Below, in pieces: positions 32,312-41,942 of a stretch of 64,000 bases of DNA. The notes below the pieces were generated by a model. That model was not told the DNA's origin and made no database searches. It saw only the letters and a program-made list of their open reading frames with translations. Location of the stretch: positions 1,408,001 through 1,472,000 of the forward strand of contig OZ244742.1 in NCBI GenBank assembly GCA_965219415.1. Direction: 5' to 3'. A program made the position numbers and the translations under genes. How positions within the stretch are numbered: position 1 is the first letter of the stretch; every line of letters begins with the position of its first letter. The stretch comes from Candidatus Marinacidobacterales bacterium (lineage in GTDB: Bacteria > Acidobacteriota > Vicinamibacteria > Marinacidobacterales > DATDRI01).

Positions 32312-32899
32312 TTGCTATCCGACGAGGAGCTTGCGAGCCGTTGTCAGCGCGGAGACGACCAAGCCTGGGAAGTCTTGGTCAAACGCTACCGGCGCGGAGT
32401 TTGGAACGTTGCTTATCACTTCACGGGACGGGTTGACGAGGCCGACGAGCTTACACAGGAAATCTTTCTGCATGTCCTGGGAGCCCTCAAGAATTTCGAT
32501 CCAAGCGGCAATATGGGCGCATGGCTCCGGCGAGTGGCACGTAACTATGCTATCGACCAGTACCGGTGGCGGCGGCGGGAAAAAGCACTCACGTCCGACA
32601 AGGAGCTTCCCGAAGTCAAAGCCCCCGCTCACCGGTCCGATCCCCATGCGGCTCTCGAACACAAGGACTTGGCGGAATGGATTCGATCGGCCCTCGCGCG
32701 TCTACCCGAGGAGCTCGGCCAGGCCGTTGTCCTTAGGGATCTGCAAGAGATGAGCTACGAGGAAATGGCTGAACTGCTCGAAGTACCGCTCGGCACGGTG
32801 AAGTCTCGACTCAACCGCGGGCGAATCGAGCTGGCCCGCCATCTGAAACGCCGCCGAGGCGAGTGGAGCCACCAATTAGAGAGTGGAGGCGAAGGGTGA
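32312..32899 (+). CDS. ECF RNA polymerase sigma factor
   Basis: Region 2 (ADELTQEIF, WLRRVARN) and region 4 (SYEEMAELLEVPLGTVKSRLNRGR). Confidence 0.93.
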   Translation: MLSDEELASRCQRGDDQAWEVLVKRYRRGVWNVAYHFTGRVDEADELTQEIFLHVLGALKNFDPSGNMGAWLRRVARNYAIDQYRWRRREKALTSDKELPEVKAPAHRSDPHAALEHKDLAEWIRSALARLPEELGQAVVLRDLQEMSYEEMAELLEVPLGTVKSRLNRGRIELARHLKRRRGEWSHQLESGGEG

Positions 32900-33540
32900 A
32901 GTGTCGGCGCTCGGAGGAGCTTTGGAGCGACTACCTCGAGGAAACGCTCTCCCGCCCACTCACGAAGGATCTCGAAGACCACTTGGCGGAGTGTTCCGCC
33001 TGCCCGGGGCTCCTTGAAACCTTCCGAGAAGTGCGGTCGGCTCTCGAGACGATGCCCCATCCGCACCCTTCACCACAGTTGGTGGAGCGCATCCTCTCGG
33101 CCAGCCGGCCCCCGCTGACAAGGCTGGCAGACCTCTCGAACTTCTCCCAGCGGGCCCGGTTCGTCACCCCCCTTGTCCCCAGCCTCTCTCCGGGAGGTTG
33201 GGCCGCATGGGGTGCTGCCGCCGCTCTCGTTGCGGTCTTGATCCTTGGTCCAAGCCAAGCCTTTACCCGCATCAACCAAGTCGGCCATCAGGGCTACAGC
33301 GTTGGGCTCGGTCTCTATCGAGATACGGAAGGTCTGATTGACGAGCTCAACGTCTTGCGGATGACAGTCGGAGTTGCATTCGAAGATCGCCTCGATCGCC
33401 TCAACGAGAGGTTGAAGGACTTGGAGGAGGCACGGCGAAAGAACGACGATGAGCCCGATCAAAGCAATAATCTCGGCTCGCTGCGACTGTCCTTCCAACC
33501 CAGATCTGATACCAGTTCACAATCAAGGAGCGATTCATGA
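32896..33540 (+). CDS. Zinc-binding (zf-HC2/ZAS) transmembrane anti-sigma factor
   Basis: GTGA overlap with the sigma gene; HLAECSAC motif; one TM. Confidence 0.87.
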   Translation: MKCRRSEELWSDYLEETLSRPLTKDLEDHLAECSACPGLLETFREVRSALETMPHPHPSPQLVERILSASRPPLTRLADLSNFSQRARFVTPLVPSLSPGGWAAWGAAAALVAVLILGPSQAFTRINQVGHQGYSVGLGLYRDTEGLIDELNVLRMTVGVAFEDRLDRLNERLKDLEEARRKNDDEPDQSNNLGSLRLSFQPRSDTSSQSRSDS

Positions 33541-34076
33541 AATGTTCACCCGCAGCCGCAGTTTGGCTGTCTCTCTTGCCCGGTCTGGGCCACATTTTCG
33601 TGGGTCAGACACTCCCGAACGCGACGGCCAGGAAGGCCTACGTCACCAAGGGATTCCTTTACGCGCTCATGACTGTGGGGTTGATCTATCTGACCGATCA
33701 ATCCGACGGACCGATCGGGATTCTGATTCCAATTTTCTGGGTGTACGTCATGCTAGACGCACATCGTAGCGCCGTCGAGGCGAACCGCATCATCGAAACG
33801 GGAGGACAGGATTCGCATACAACGATGGACGGAACACCCTGGCTGGGGTGGAGCGCGGTGGGTTTGGGCACCTTGCTTCTTCTCAATAATCTCTTCGATT
33901 TCGATTTCGACTGGCTATGGAAGTTTTGGCCGGTGGCGCTGATTCTCGTCGGCGTGAAGCTCATTCGGGGTGGATCGGGCTTCAACCGCGATCCTGTTTC
34001 ATCTCCACCCCCGAGCAACGTTGACGCGGACTCTGTTTTGGAGGCAGAAAGACATGAGCCAGCCGAGGACGAGTAG
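33537..34076 (+). CDS. Membrane protein with TM2-like and LiaF-TM/DUF5668-like segments
   Basis: LSLLPGLGHIFVG and LWKFWPVALILVG motifs. Confidence 0.75.
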   Translation: MKCSPAAAVWLSLLPGLGHIFVGQTLPNATARKAYVTKGFLYALMTVGLIYLTDQSDGPIGILIPIFWVYVMLDAHRSAVEANRIIETGGQDSHTTMDGTPWLGWSAVGLGTLLLLNNLFDFDFDWLWKFWPVALILVGVKLIRGGSGFNRDPVSSPPPSNVDADSVLEAERHEPAEDE

Positions 34077-35676
34077 AAGCGGTTGCGCCCTGACGCTGGG
34101 CGTACTCCTCGTCGTCACCGGATCTCTGCTCCTCGCCGGGAACCTCTTCGGATTCTCGCTTCTGGGGTTTCGGACCGAGGCCCTCATTTGGTTCTCACTG
34201 TATTGGCCCGTCCTCTTGATCATCTGGGGCGCCAGCAAGATCTACCAACGCGTGCGCGATCCCGAAACCGCCCGGGTGGATCCGGGGAAAGTCGTTCTGT
34301 TGATTCTTATCGTCTGCGCCGGAGTCACTCTGGCCGCGGCCCGTTACGTGGCTGGTAACTTCGCGACGGAATTCTCGTTCGAGGATTTGCTCGAGATCGT
34401 CGAGCCCGAAATCTCCCTGGGCCCCGCGCATCGCTTCAGCGAGGAACACGTCTTCGAGCTGCCGGACGGGGGAAGTCTCACCGTGGAGAATGGCCGCGGA
34501 GAGATCACGGCACGCGGTTGGGATGAGGTCGATCTGAAGGTCGTGGTCACCAAACGCGTCTACCGACACGCCGAAAACGAGGCTCGCCGTTTGGCGGAGA
34601 ACGTCTCGGTTCGATTCGAGATCGCCGATGAGAGCGGCGCCAGCCTCGACATGGACCGGGAGCCAGGTGGCCGAGGTGCGGTCGAGACGGATCTGGAGCT
34701 TTGGGTCCCGCGAAAAACACCGCTCACGTTGACCAATGGCCGGGGTGCAATAAGAGTGTCCGATTTGCAGGCCCCGCTCCGATTGGCGAGCTCCTACGAC
34801 GCAATCGAGGTCGCCGACGTCGAGGGTCGTGTGACGGTAGACGGTCGGCACGGAGCGATCCGCGTCGAAGGTGTCGTCGGGAACGTCGAGGCGCGCAACC
34901 GTTTCGGCGACCTGACCGTCAACGATGTCACCGGAGACGTACTCGGAGAAACCACCCGCGGGACCATTGTAGTCGAACGGATTACCGGAACGGTTCGACT
35001 GAGCAATCGGTCGTCTCGTATCCGAGCGATCGAGATCGGCGAGAGCCTCACCGTCGAGGGTTCCCATACCGAGGTTGCCGTGGAACGAGTGGGGGCCGAC
35101 GTCGCAATCCAGACGAGCTACCGACCGGTCTTCGTAAACGATGTCGAAGGCCGGGTGACCGTCGACGCACATAACTCGGAGGTCGAGATTCGGCTGGTGC
35201 GAGGCGATGTCGGAGTGGAGAGCATTCACCGACCGGTCACCGTTGTGGGCGTGGGCGGCGGTGTCCAGGTCGATGCACAACACGGCGCGGTCCGGCTCGA
35301 CGAGATCGTGGGACCGATCCAAGTCAAGAGCTCCGATAACCCCGTCGAGATCGATGCCTTCGAGTCGAGCCTGAGCGTTGAATCTAAGCACGCGCCCCTG
35401 CGAATCACGACCAACCTTCTCAATGGCGAACTTACCCTCCTTACCTCCTACGGTGATGTCGACCTCGGCCTGCCGGCGGAGAGCTCGTTTAGCCTCAAGG
35501 CGAGGGTTAAGTCGGGAGACATCGACTCAGAGCTCGCTGAATCCGATTGGACCCGCCGCGAGGACGGAGATGCAGTGGAGCTCGTCGGATCGGTGGGGGA
35601 CGGTGCGTCGCCGATCTCTATCCGAACCAGTTACGGCGACATCATTGTTCGGCAGCTTCGCCGACAAGGCCAGTGA
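34054..35676 (+). CDS. Membrane-anchored DUF4097 (toastrack beta-repeat) protein
   Basis: YWPVLLIIWG TM segment followed by many GxV/IxV beta repeats, ending IRTSYGDI. Confidence 0.85.
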   Translation: MSQPRTSRSGCALTLGVLLVVTGSLLLAGNLFGFSLLGFRTEALIWFSLYWPVLLIIWGASKIYQRVRDPETARVDPGKVVLLILIVCAGVTLAAARYVAGNFATEFSFEDLLEIVEPEISLGPAHRFSEEHVFELPDGGSLTVENGRGEITARGWDEVDLKVVVTKRVYRHAENEARRLAENVSVRFEIADESGASLDMDREPGGRGAVETDLELWVPRKTPLTLTNGRGAIRVSDLQAPLRLASSYDAIEVADVEGRVTVDGRHGAIRVEGVVGNVEARNRFGDLTVNDVTGDVLGETTRGTIVVERITGTVRLSNRSSRIRAIEIGESLTVEGSHTEVAVERVGADVAIQTSYRPVFVNDVEGRVTVDAHNSEVEIRLVRGDVGVESIHRPVTVVGVGGGVQVDAQHGAVRLDEIVGPIQVKSSDNPVEIDAFESSLSVESKHAPLRITTNLLNGELTLLTSYGDVDLGLPAESSFSLKARVKSGDIDSELAESDWTRREDGDAVELVGSVGDGASPISIRTSYGDIIVRQLRRQGQ

Positions 35677-36551
35677 TGAACCTCAAAACAGCCGCCATCG
35701 TCGTGGGGAGTCTGCTACCCGGTTGCGTCCATCACGGGAGCGAGGAAAGCGTGACCGAGCGCTTTCGCTTCGACGTCGTAGAACGCCCCCGGGTGGAGGT
35801 CGAGCTCGACCGTGGCTCCATCGAGGTCCTCGGCATCGAAGATTCAACCGAGGTCTCGGTAGTCGTCAATAAGCTCGCTCGCGCCGTCAACGAGGAAGTA
35901 GCCCGGTCTTCCCTCGAGCGACTGTCAGTTCGGGCCGAGCCGAACGGCGAGACCATCCGGGTCAGGGTGAACCGTGAGGGGGGATGGCGAGAGTCTCACG
36001 GGAGTCTGAGATCGGACGTCGAGATCAGCGTGCCACGAAACTCGGACCTCAGGCTTATTACTCACGATGGGCGAATTGAGCTCCGCGATGTGCGAGGTGA
36101 AATAGAAGCCGAGTCCGGGGATGGACGCATACGGCTTGACACGGTCGAGGGTGTCGTAAGGACGCGTACTGCCGACGGTTCTATCGTTGGAGAGAACCTG
36201 AGCGGCGACTTCGATAGCCGCACCGACGACGGTCGCATCCAGTTGATGGGTACCTTTAGCGGTCTGGACGCTGTGACCTCCAACGGATCGATCACCGTGG
36301 ATTGTATCGAGGCGGTTCCGCTGACCCGGAACTGGATGCTCAGGAGCTTGGACGGTTCCATCACATTCGGTGTCCCCAAAGGCCTCTCCGCGAAGCTCGA
36401 GGCTTCGACGAGTGACGGACGCATCGAGAGTGCGCTGACCCTCGTCGATGCAAGGGTGGCGTCCAACCGTATCAAGGGAACCCTGGGCGAAGGGGGGAAG
36501 TTGGTGCTCATCAAAACCAGCGACGGAAGTGTACACCTCCGTATCCGCTGA
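35676..36551 (+). CDS. DUF4097 lipoprotein
   Basis: TGATG overlap; lipobox-like LLPGC; repeated TxDGxI motifs. Confidence 0.8.
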   Translation: MNLKTAAIVVGSLLPGCVHHGSEESVTERFRFDVVERPRVEVELDRGSIEVLGIEDSTEVSVVVNKLARAVNEEVARSSLERLSVRAEPNGETIRVRVNREGGWRESHGSLRSDVEISVPRNSDLRLITHDGRIELRDVRGEIEAESGDGRIRLDTVEGVVRTRTADGSIVGENLSGDFDSRTDDGRIQLMGTFSGLDAVTSNGSITVDCIEAVPLTRNWMLRSLDGSITFGVPKGLSAKLEASTSDGRIESALTLVDARVASNRIKGTLGEGGKLVLIKTSDGSVHLRIR

Positions 36552-36611
36552 GCCGCTCTGATCCAACCTGCAGGGGGAAGGACCCCTCCTCCGCAACGCC
36601 CCCCACTCCTC

Positions 36612-36640
36612 TTGACTCGACCATCCTGCTTTTCTAAAAT
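36612..36640 (+). promoter_or_regulatory. Sigma70-type promoter of purC
   Basis: TTGACT-N17-TAAAAT. Confidence 0.7.
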
Positions 36641-36719
36641 ACGCCCACTTTCGGCTCGGCTCCAGGCCGGTCATGGCCTGACTGGAATCGAGAAACTCTC
36701 AGCCGATAGGAGTATTACT

Positions 36720-37613
36720 TTGAATGAGTCGGTCTTATTCGAAACTGCACTGAGCGACCTCCCCGTCTACCGCCGCGGAAAAGTGCGGGACGTCTACGAG
36801 GTCGGAGACCATTTTCTGATTGTAGCAACCGACCGCATCTCCGCTTTCGACGTCGTCCTCCCGACCGGCATCCCGGACAAGGGTAAGATCTTGAATCAAC
36901 TCTCTCTTCACTGGTTTGCGGGGACGACGCACATCCAACCGAACCATGTAGTAACTGCAGACGTCGAGGAATACCCTGTCTCCCTCGGAAAGTGGCGGAA
37001 GCACCTCGCGAAACGCTCGATGCTCGTCAAGCGCGCCAACCTGATCCCCTTCGAATGCGTTGTCCGAGGCTACCTCTATGGAGGCGGCTGGGGAGAGTAT
37101 CAGCGTTCCGGCGAGGTTTCGGGCATCGCGCTTCCGCCGGGGCTCAAGCGGGCCGAGAAGTTCACCGAACCGCTTTTTACGCCATCCACCAAGGAAGAAT
37201 CGGGCCACGACGTCCCGGTAAGCGAAGACGTCTTGGTCAACGAGCTCGGCGCGGAGCTGGCCACGCGCCTGAAAAACGTCTCTCTGAAGCTCTATCGATT
37301 CGGCAGTCAGGAAACCGAAGAAAAGGGAATCATCATCGCAGACACGAAGTTCGAGTTTGGATTGGTCGGCGACGAGCTCATCGTGATCGACGAGCTAATG
37401 ACCCCGGACTCATCGCGGTTTTGGCCACGCGAAGGCTTCGCGCCTGATCGCACCCAGCCAAGCTTCGACAAACAATTCGTCAGAGATTATCTGAGCACCC
37501 TCGACTGGGACAAGACACCCCCCGGGCCGGAGCTCCCCGACGAAGTCGTAGCCGGGACTCGCGAGCGTTACTGGCAGGTGTTTCGAACGCTCACCGGGCG
37601 AACTGCCCTTTGA
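36720..37613 (+). CDS. purC: SAICAR synthetase
   Basis: GKVRDVY, TDRISAFD, ECVVRGYL, ADTKFEFG, TPDSSRFW; TTG start after AGGAG. Confidence 0.96.
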   Translation: MNESVLFETALSDLPVYRRGKVRDVYEVGDHFLIVATDRISAFDVVLPTGIPDKGKILNQLSLHWFAGTTHIQPNHVVTADVEEYPVSLGKWRKHLAKRSMLVKRANLIPFECVVRGYLYGGGWGEYQRSGEVSGIALPPGLKRAEKFTEPLFTPSTKEESGHDVPVSEDVLVNELGAELATRLKNVSLKLYRFGSQETEEKGIIIADTKFEFGLVGDELIVIDELMTPDSSRFWPREGFAPDRTQPSFDKQFVRDYLSTLDWDKTPPGPELPDEVVAGTRERYWQVFRTLTGRTAL

Positions 37614-37632
37614 GGCGCGCGGGCGAAACGCG

Positions 37633-37842
37633 GTGCTCAAACACAAGCTCGAATCGCTCATCGCAGAAATGATCGGCAAGGGAATTCGCTTCCGAGAGGC
37701 CCGGCGCGAGTTCGAGAAGCGATTCATCGCTCAAGTCTTGGAACACGAGAACGGCAATCTGTCTCGTTCCGCCAAGGTGCTTCGCATTCACCGAAACACC
37801 CTCAGTAAGAAAATCCTTGAGTACAAACTCAAACCCCGTTGA
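37633..37842 (+). CDS. Small Fis-like HTH protein
   Basis: 69 aa, GNLSRSAKVLRIHRNTLSKKI. Confidence 0.85.
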   Translation: MLKHKLESLIAEMIGKGIRFREARREFEKRFIAQVLEHENGNLSRSAKVLRIHRNTLSKKILEYKLKPR

Positions 37843-37899
37843 GACCCGAAAAGGCTCAACCCTGCCGGAGACTTGATGCATAGCCGAACCTGCCGTTTG

Positions 37900-37928
37900 T
37901 TGACACGACAAAACCGAGCGACTAACAT
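37900..37928 (+). promoter_or_regulatory. Sigma70-type promoter of groES
   Basis: TTGACA-N17-TAACAT; no CIRCE element seen. Confidence 0.65.
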
Positions 37929-37990
37929 GAATCTCTGCGATTTTAGGATAAAGTCAGCCGATGTGACGGCGTTACACGGAGGAGTCAAGG

Positions 37991-38281
37991 ATGAAAGTTA
38001 GACCCTTACACGACCGAATCCTCGTGAAGAGGATCGAGGAGCAGGGGGAAGTGAAGAAAGGCAGCATCATTGTTCCCGACAGCGCAAAGGAAAAACCTCA
38101 GGAAGGCGAGGTAGTTGCGGTGGGCAATGGCAAGATCCTCGAGGATGGTGGCAAGCTAGACTTGGAAGTCAAAGCCGGCGACCGAATTCTGTTTGGAAAG
38201 TACGCCGGTACCGAGATCAAGCTCGAGGAGCAAGACTACCTCATCATGCGCGAGGACGACATTCTCGCGATCATTAAGTAG
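37991..38281 (+). CDS. groES: Co-chaperonin GroES (no adjacent groEL)
   Basis: [38 protein letters not shown]. Confidence 0.96.
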   Translation: MKVRPLHDRILVKRIEEQGEVKKGSIIVPDSAKEKPQEGEVVAVGNGKILEDGGKLDLEVKAGDRILFGKYAGTEIKLEEQDYLIMREDDILAIIK

Positions 38282-38323
38282 GGCTTGAGATTGGTGACAA
38301 GAGGGCGGCCGTCAAAATATTGA

Positions 38324-38419
38324 GGTGCTGTTATTTAAGCGCGCCAGACGGCGGTTGCCACCCACGTTCGATGACGCTGCACCCGTAAGGGGCAACTTCT
38401 GAACGCCGTCCAAAGCACC
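38324..38419. ncRNA. Candidate structured RNA element (unassigned)
   Basis: Nested perfect helices GGTGCT/AGCACC, GACGGCG/CGCCGTC, GTTGCC/GGCAAC with an inner CC-GTAA-GG hairpin. Confidence 0.35.
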
Positions 38420-38438
38420 GCCAGCAGCAATCAGCCAA

Positions 38439-38819
38439 ATGCCTGAAAGACGACGTACCAGGCGGTTCCAGCTAGGGACCCTCGTCGAGGTCCTGATCCA
38501 GTCCCAAGGCAGAAGGAAACGCGGCCGCCTCATCAACCTCAGCGAAGGAGGAGCGTTTCTGGCTATGCGCACCGATGTCCACGTCGGTGAAGAGCTCCGG
38601 CTCACGCTCAAATTCCCCGCCGAAGCCGGTGGCCGCCTCCGCACGCGCGTGGTGGTGGTTTGGCGCAATACCAGACTCGCGCCAACGGTTCGCTCGCTAC
38701 CGACCGGTTGCGGGGTGTTGTTCGAAGGGACCGAGATGCAGCAGCTACAGACGGCGTTCGAAGTGCTCAAAGTAAAAGGGTTACTGGTGGAAGAGGAGCC
38801 GCCCGGAGGAATCGACTAA
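38439..38819 (+). CDS. Stand-alone PilZ-domain protein
   Basis: RRRTRR (RxxxR) and NLSEGG (D/NxSxxG) c-di-GMP-binding motifs. Confidence 0.85.
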   Translation: MPERRRTRRFQLGTLVEVLIQSQGRRKRGRLINLSEGGAFLAMRTDVHVGEELRLTLKFPAEAGGRLRTRVVVVWRNTRLAPTVRSLPTGCGVLFEGTEMQQLQTAFEVLKVKGLLVEEEPPGGID

Positions 38820-39035
38820 AACGTAAGCTCTTGTTCCTTTATTCCCTCGCCCCCGTTGGGGGGGCTGCGGGGCGTCAAGAAATGTCGTGCCGCTAAACAG
38901 TGGCGTCAGACGCCGGGTGAGGGGGTCAGATTGAGCCAAGCTCACCCTGGGCGCTGCCAGGCACCGCCGTCGTGCGTGGCGAGAGATTACTTGGAACGGT
39001 ACGACGCCGGGCTTGGGTTCGGCTCTGTTTTCTGG

Positions 39036-41276
39036 CTACCTCCGGCGTCCGCCACCCCCGGCGCGGCGACCACGACCGTGCCTATCCTGCGAACCGCCTC
39101 CTCTTTCTTCCCGCGCTTCACGTCCCTCACCGGCCTCACCGGCGCCCCCGGACTCCTGCCGCGACTCGCCCTGCGGCTGTCCATCGGATGATTCGCCGCC
39201 CTGTTCTTTGAGAACGGCCTTCCGCGAGAGCTTCACCTTGCCCTGGGGATCGATGTTGATGACCTTAACCAACAGCTGGTCGCCTTCGGAAAGCTCCTTA
39301 TGGATGTCCTTGACACGATAGTCGGCAACCTCCGAGATATGGAGGAGTCCATCGGTGCCGGGCAGGATTTCCACGAAGGCTCCGAAGTCGACGATTCTCT
39401 GAACCTTCCCGAGGTACGTCTTCCCCATCTCCGCGACCGCGGTGAGCTCTTCGATGATCTGCATCGCCTTTCGCGCCGATTCCTCGTCGGACGAAGCGAT
39501 CGCAACCGAACCATCGTCTTCGACGTCGATCTTTACTTGCGTCCTCTCCACGATGCTACGGATCATCTTGCCGCCGGGACCGATGACGTCTCGTATCTTC
39601 GCGGTCGGTATGCGCATCGTAAAGATCCGTGGTGCGTAGCGAGAGATGTCCTCGCGCGGCTCGGCAATCGTCTCCGCCATCTTCTCCAAGATGAAAAGCC
39701 GTGCCTGGCGCGCTTGCTCTAGGGCTTCCGCCATGATGGCGGGCGTAATGCCAGAGATCTTGATGTCCATCTGAAGCGCCGTGAGTCCGCTGGCCGTGCC
39801 GGCGACCTTGAAATCCATATCGCCATAATGATCCTCGGCTCCTGCGATGTCGGCCAAAATAGCGTAATCGTCTCCCTCCATGACCAAGCCCATCGCGATT
39901 CCGGCTACCGCCGATCGCACCGGAACTCCGGCATCCATCAAAGCGAGGCAGCCGCCGGTCACAGTCGCCATGGAGGAGGACCCATTCGATTCCAAGATGT
40001 CGGAGACAATTCGAACCGTGTAGGGGAAATCCTCATCGGAAGGAAGGACCGGCGACAAGGCTCGCTCGGCGAGCGCGCCGTGCCCTATTTCGCGGCGTCC
40101 TGGACCCCTCAAGAACTTGACCTCTCCTACCGAAAACGGAGGGAAGTTGTAGTGGAGCATGAACCGCTTTTGCGAAACGCCTTCCACCAGGTCGAGCTTC
40201 TGAATATCGGAGGATGTACCAAGCGTCGTAGTCACCAAGGCTTGCGTCTCACCTCGGGTGAACAAGGCAGAGCCGTGAGTACGAGGCAGAACGCCGACTT
40301 CGCTGGTGATGGTCCGGATCTCATCAAAACGACGGCCGTCCAACCGCTTCTTATTCTGAAGGACTTCCGACCGTAACAACTTTTCTTGAAGACTCTTGAA
40401 GGCGCTCGACGCCTCCGCTCTCTCGTCGGATTCTTCGGGGAAGCTGTCGATAAGGCGTTCTTTCACTTCGCCGACCTTCTTCTGACTTTCAAGCTTGCCG
40501 GCAAGGCACATCGCCTCGAGTAGCGGAGCCGCAGTGGACTCCTCCACCTTGCGAAAGAGCTCCTCGTTTCGGGCCTTGGTCTCAACCACGCGTTTGGTCG
40601 GCTGAATGGCACGATAGAGCTCTTCCTGCATGTCGATCAATTTTTGAATCGCATCGTGAGCGACACCAAGCGCCTCGATCATCTTCGCTTCCGGAACCTC
40701 GTCTGCCGCGGCTTCTACCATGACGATGGCTTCCCGGGAGCCTGCGACCGTCAAATTCAACTTGGATGACGTTAGCTGCTCGATCTTCGGGTTGACGACC
40801 AATTCGTCATCCAGAAGTCCCACTCGTACCGCTGCGATGGGAGTCGTGAACGGAATCTCGGAGCAGTACAACGCTGCCGAAGCGCCGGTAATAGCCAGGG
40901 TGTCCGAGTCGTTCGCTGCATCTGCGGACAAGACCATCGCCACGACCTGGGTCTCTGAGTGCCAGGCCTCGGGAAACAAGGGGCGGATGGGCCGGTCAAT
41001 GAGCCGGCAGGTCAGTATCTCTTTCTCGTTGGGGCGCCCCTCCCGTTTGAAGAAACCACCCGGAATCTTTCCCGCTGCCGAAAAGCCCTCTCGGTAATCC
41101 ACGGTCAATGGCAGAAAATCAATCCCTTCTCTTTCCGTGTGCGCAGCGCAGGCGGTCACCAGGACCACGGTATCTCCGAGTCGTACGAATGCGGCTCCGT
41201 CTGCTTGCTTGGCCACTCTCCCCATCTCAATGGAATACGTTGCGCCGCCAAGCTCTATTTCTTGTCGATGAACCAT
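39036..41276 (-). CDS. pnp: Polynucleotide phosphorylase
   Basis: GGFFKREGRP, RREIGHG, ESNGSSSMA, GDMDFKVAG, KH and S1 domains. Confidence 0.98.
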   Translation of the reverse strand: MVHRQEIELGGATYSIEMGRVAKQADGAAFVRLGDTVVLVTACAAHTEREGIDFLPLTVDYREGFSAAGKIPGGFFKREGRPNEKEILTCRLIDRPIRPLFPEAWHSETQVVAMVLSADAANDSDTLAITGASAALYCSEIPFTTPIAAVRVGLLDDELVVNPKIEQLTSSKLNLTVAGSREAIVMVEAAADEVPEAKMIEALGVAHDAIQKLIDMQEELYRAIQPTKRVVETKARNEELFRKVEESTAAPLLEAMCLAGKLESQKKVGEVKERLIDSFPEESDERAEASSAFKSLQEKLLRSEVLQNKKRLDGRRFDEIRTITSEVGVLPRTHGSALFTRGETQALVTTTLGTSSDIQKLDLVEGVSQKRFMLHYNFPPFSVGEVKFLRGPGRREIGHGALAERALSPVLPSDEDFPYTVRIVSDILESNGSSSMATVTGGCLALMDAGVPVRSAVAGIAMGLVMEGDDYAILADIAGAEDHYGDMDFKVAGTASGLTALQMDIKISGITPAIMAEALEQARQARLFILEKMAETIAEPREDISRYAPRIFTMRIPTAKIRDVIGPGGKMIRSIVERTQVKIDVEDDGSVAIASSDEESARKAMQIIEELTAVAEMGKTYLGKVQRIVDFGAFVEILPGTDGLLHISEVADYRVKDIHKELSEGDQLLVKVINIDPQGKVKLSRKAVLKEQGGESSDGQPQGESRQESGGAGEAGEGREAREERGGGSQDRHGRGRRAGGGGRRR

Positions 41277-41541
41277 CTCTACCTCCAATAACCAACCAAA
41301 AGGCCGGAGTATACCGAGCCTTTCACTGTCCTATCTAGAATGAGTGCTGGAGAACAAACCGCGATCCTTGTGTGGGCGGCGTTTCCCGAATCTCTTATGA
41401 TGCAAAAAATATTTGTTGTTTAAACACCGACGAGGATAAGACCTCAGTCCGACTGGTAACGAAGGAGGGAGAGCTTGAAGGGGCCTGCGGCAGTCCTTGT
41501 TCGTCTTGGGAATTCGCGGCGGGGGATCCCGCCGGGGGCAC

Positions 41542-41811
41542 TCACTTTCGAATTCCAAGCCGCTGGATGACCCCACGGTACCGTTCCATGTCTTTTCCCT
41601 TCAAGTAATCCAGGAGGCGTCGACGCCGGCTCACTAACTTTAGCAGTCCGCGGCGGGAGTGGTGATCCTTCTGGTGTACCTTGAAGTGATCCGTAAGGTA
41701 TCCGATCCGCTCACTCAGGAGGGCGATTTGAACCTCGGGTGACCCGGTGTCAGTCGAGTGCTGCCGGTAGTCTCCAATAATATTGGTTTTCCTGTCTGGG
41801 GAGAGTGTCAA
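41542..41811 (-). CDS. rpsO: 30S ribosomal protein S15
   Basis: [24 protein letters not shown]; a TTG start gives 89 aa. Confidence 0.97.
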   Translation of the reverse strand: MTLSPDRKTNIIGDYRQHSTDTGSPEVQIALLSERIGYLTDHFKVHQKDHHSRRGLLKLVSRRRRLLDYLKGKDMERYRGVIQRLGIRK

Positions 41812-41859
41812 ATGAGGTTCCTCCCTACTTCTTCCTTGTCTTTCATCTATACGGCGCAA

Positions 41860-41888
41860 ATCATAGCACAGTGGGTATACCCTGTAAA
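41860..41888 (-). promoter_or_regulatory. Sigma70-type promoter of rpsO-pnp
   Basis: TTTACA-N17-TATGAT with extended TG. Confidence 0.65.
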
Positions 41889-41942
41889 GAATGTCACAAA
41901 GGTGAAGAAGGTCTACTTAGATCAACCGAACCTCGGGACCAC

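Noticed and set aside
37929-37990. CIRCE element upstream of groES
   Set aside because: No TTAGCACTC-N9-GAGTGCTAA match.
38841-38947. CCCTCGCCCC...GGGTGAGGGG REP-like remnant between the PilZ gene and pnp
   Set aside because: A single degenerate copy with broken pairing; boundaries cannot be defined.
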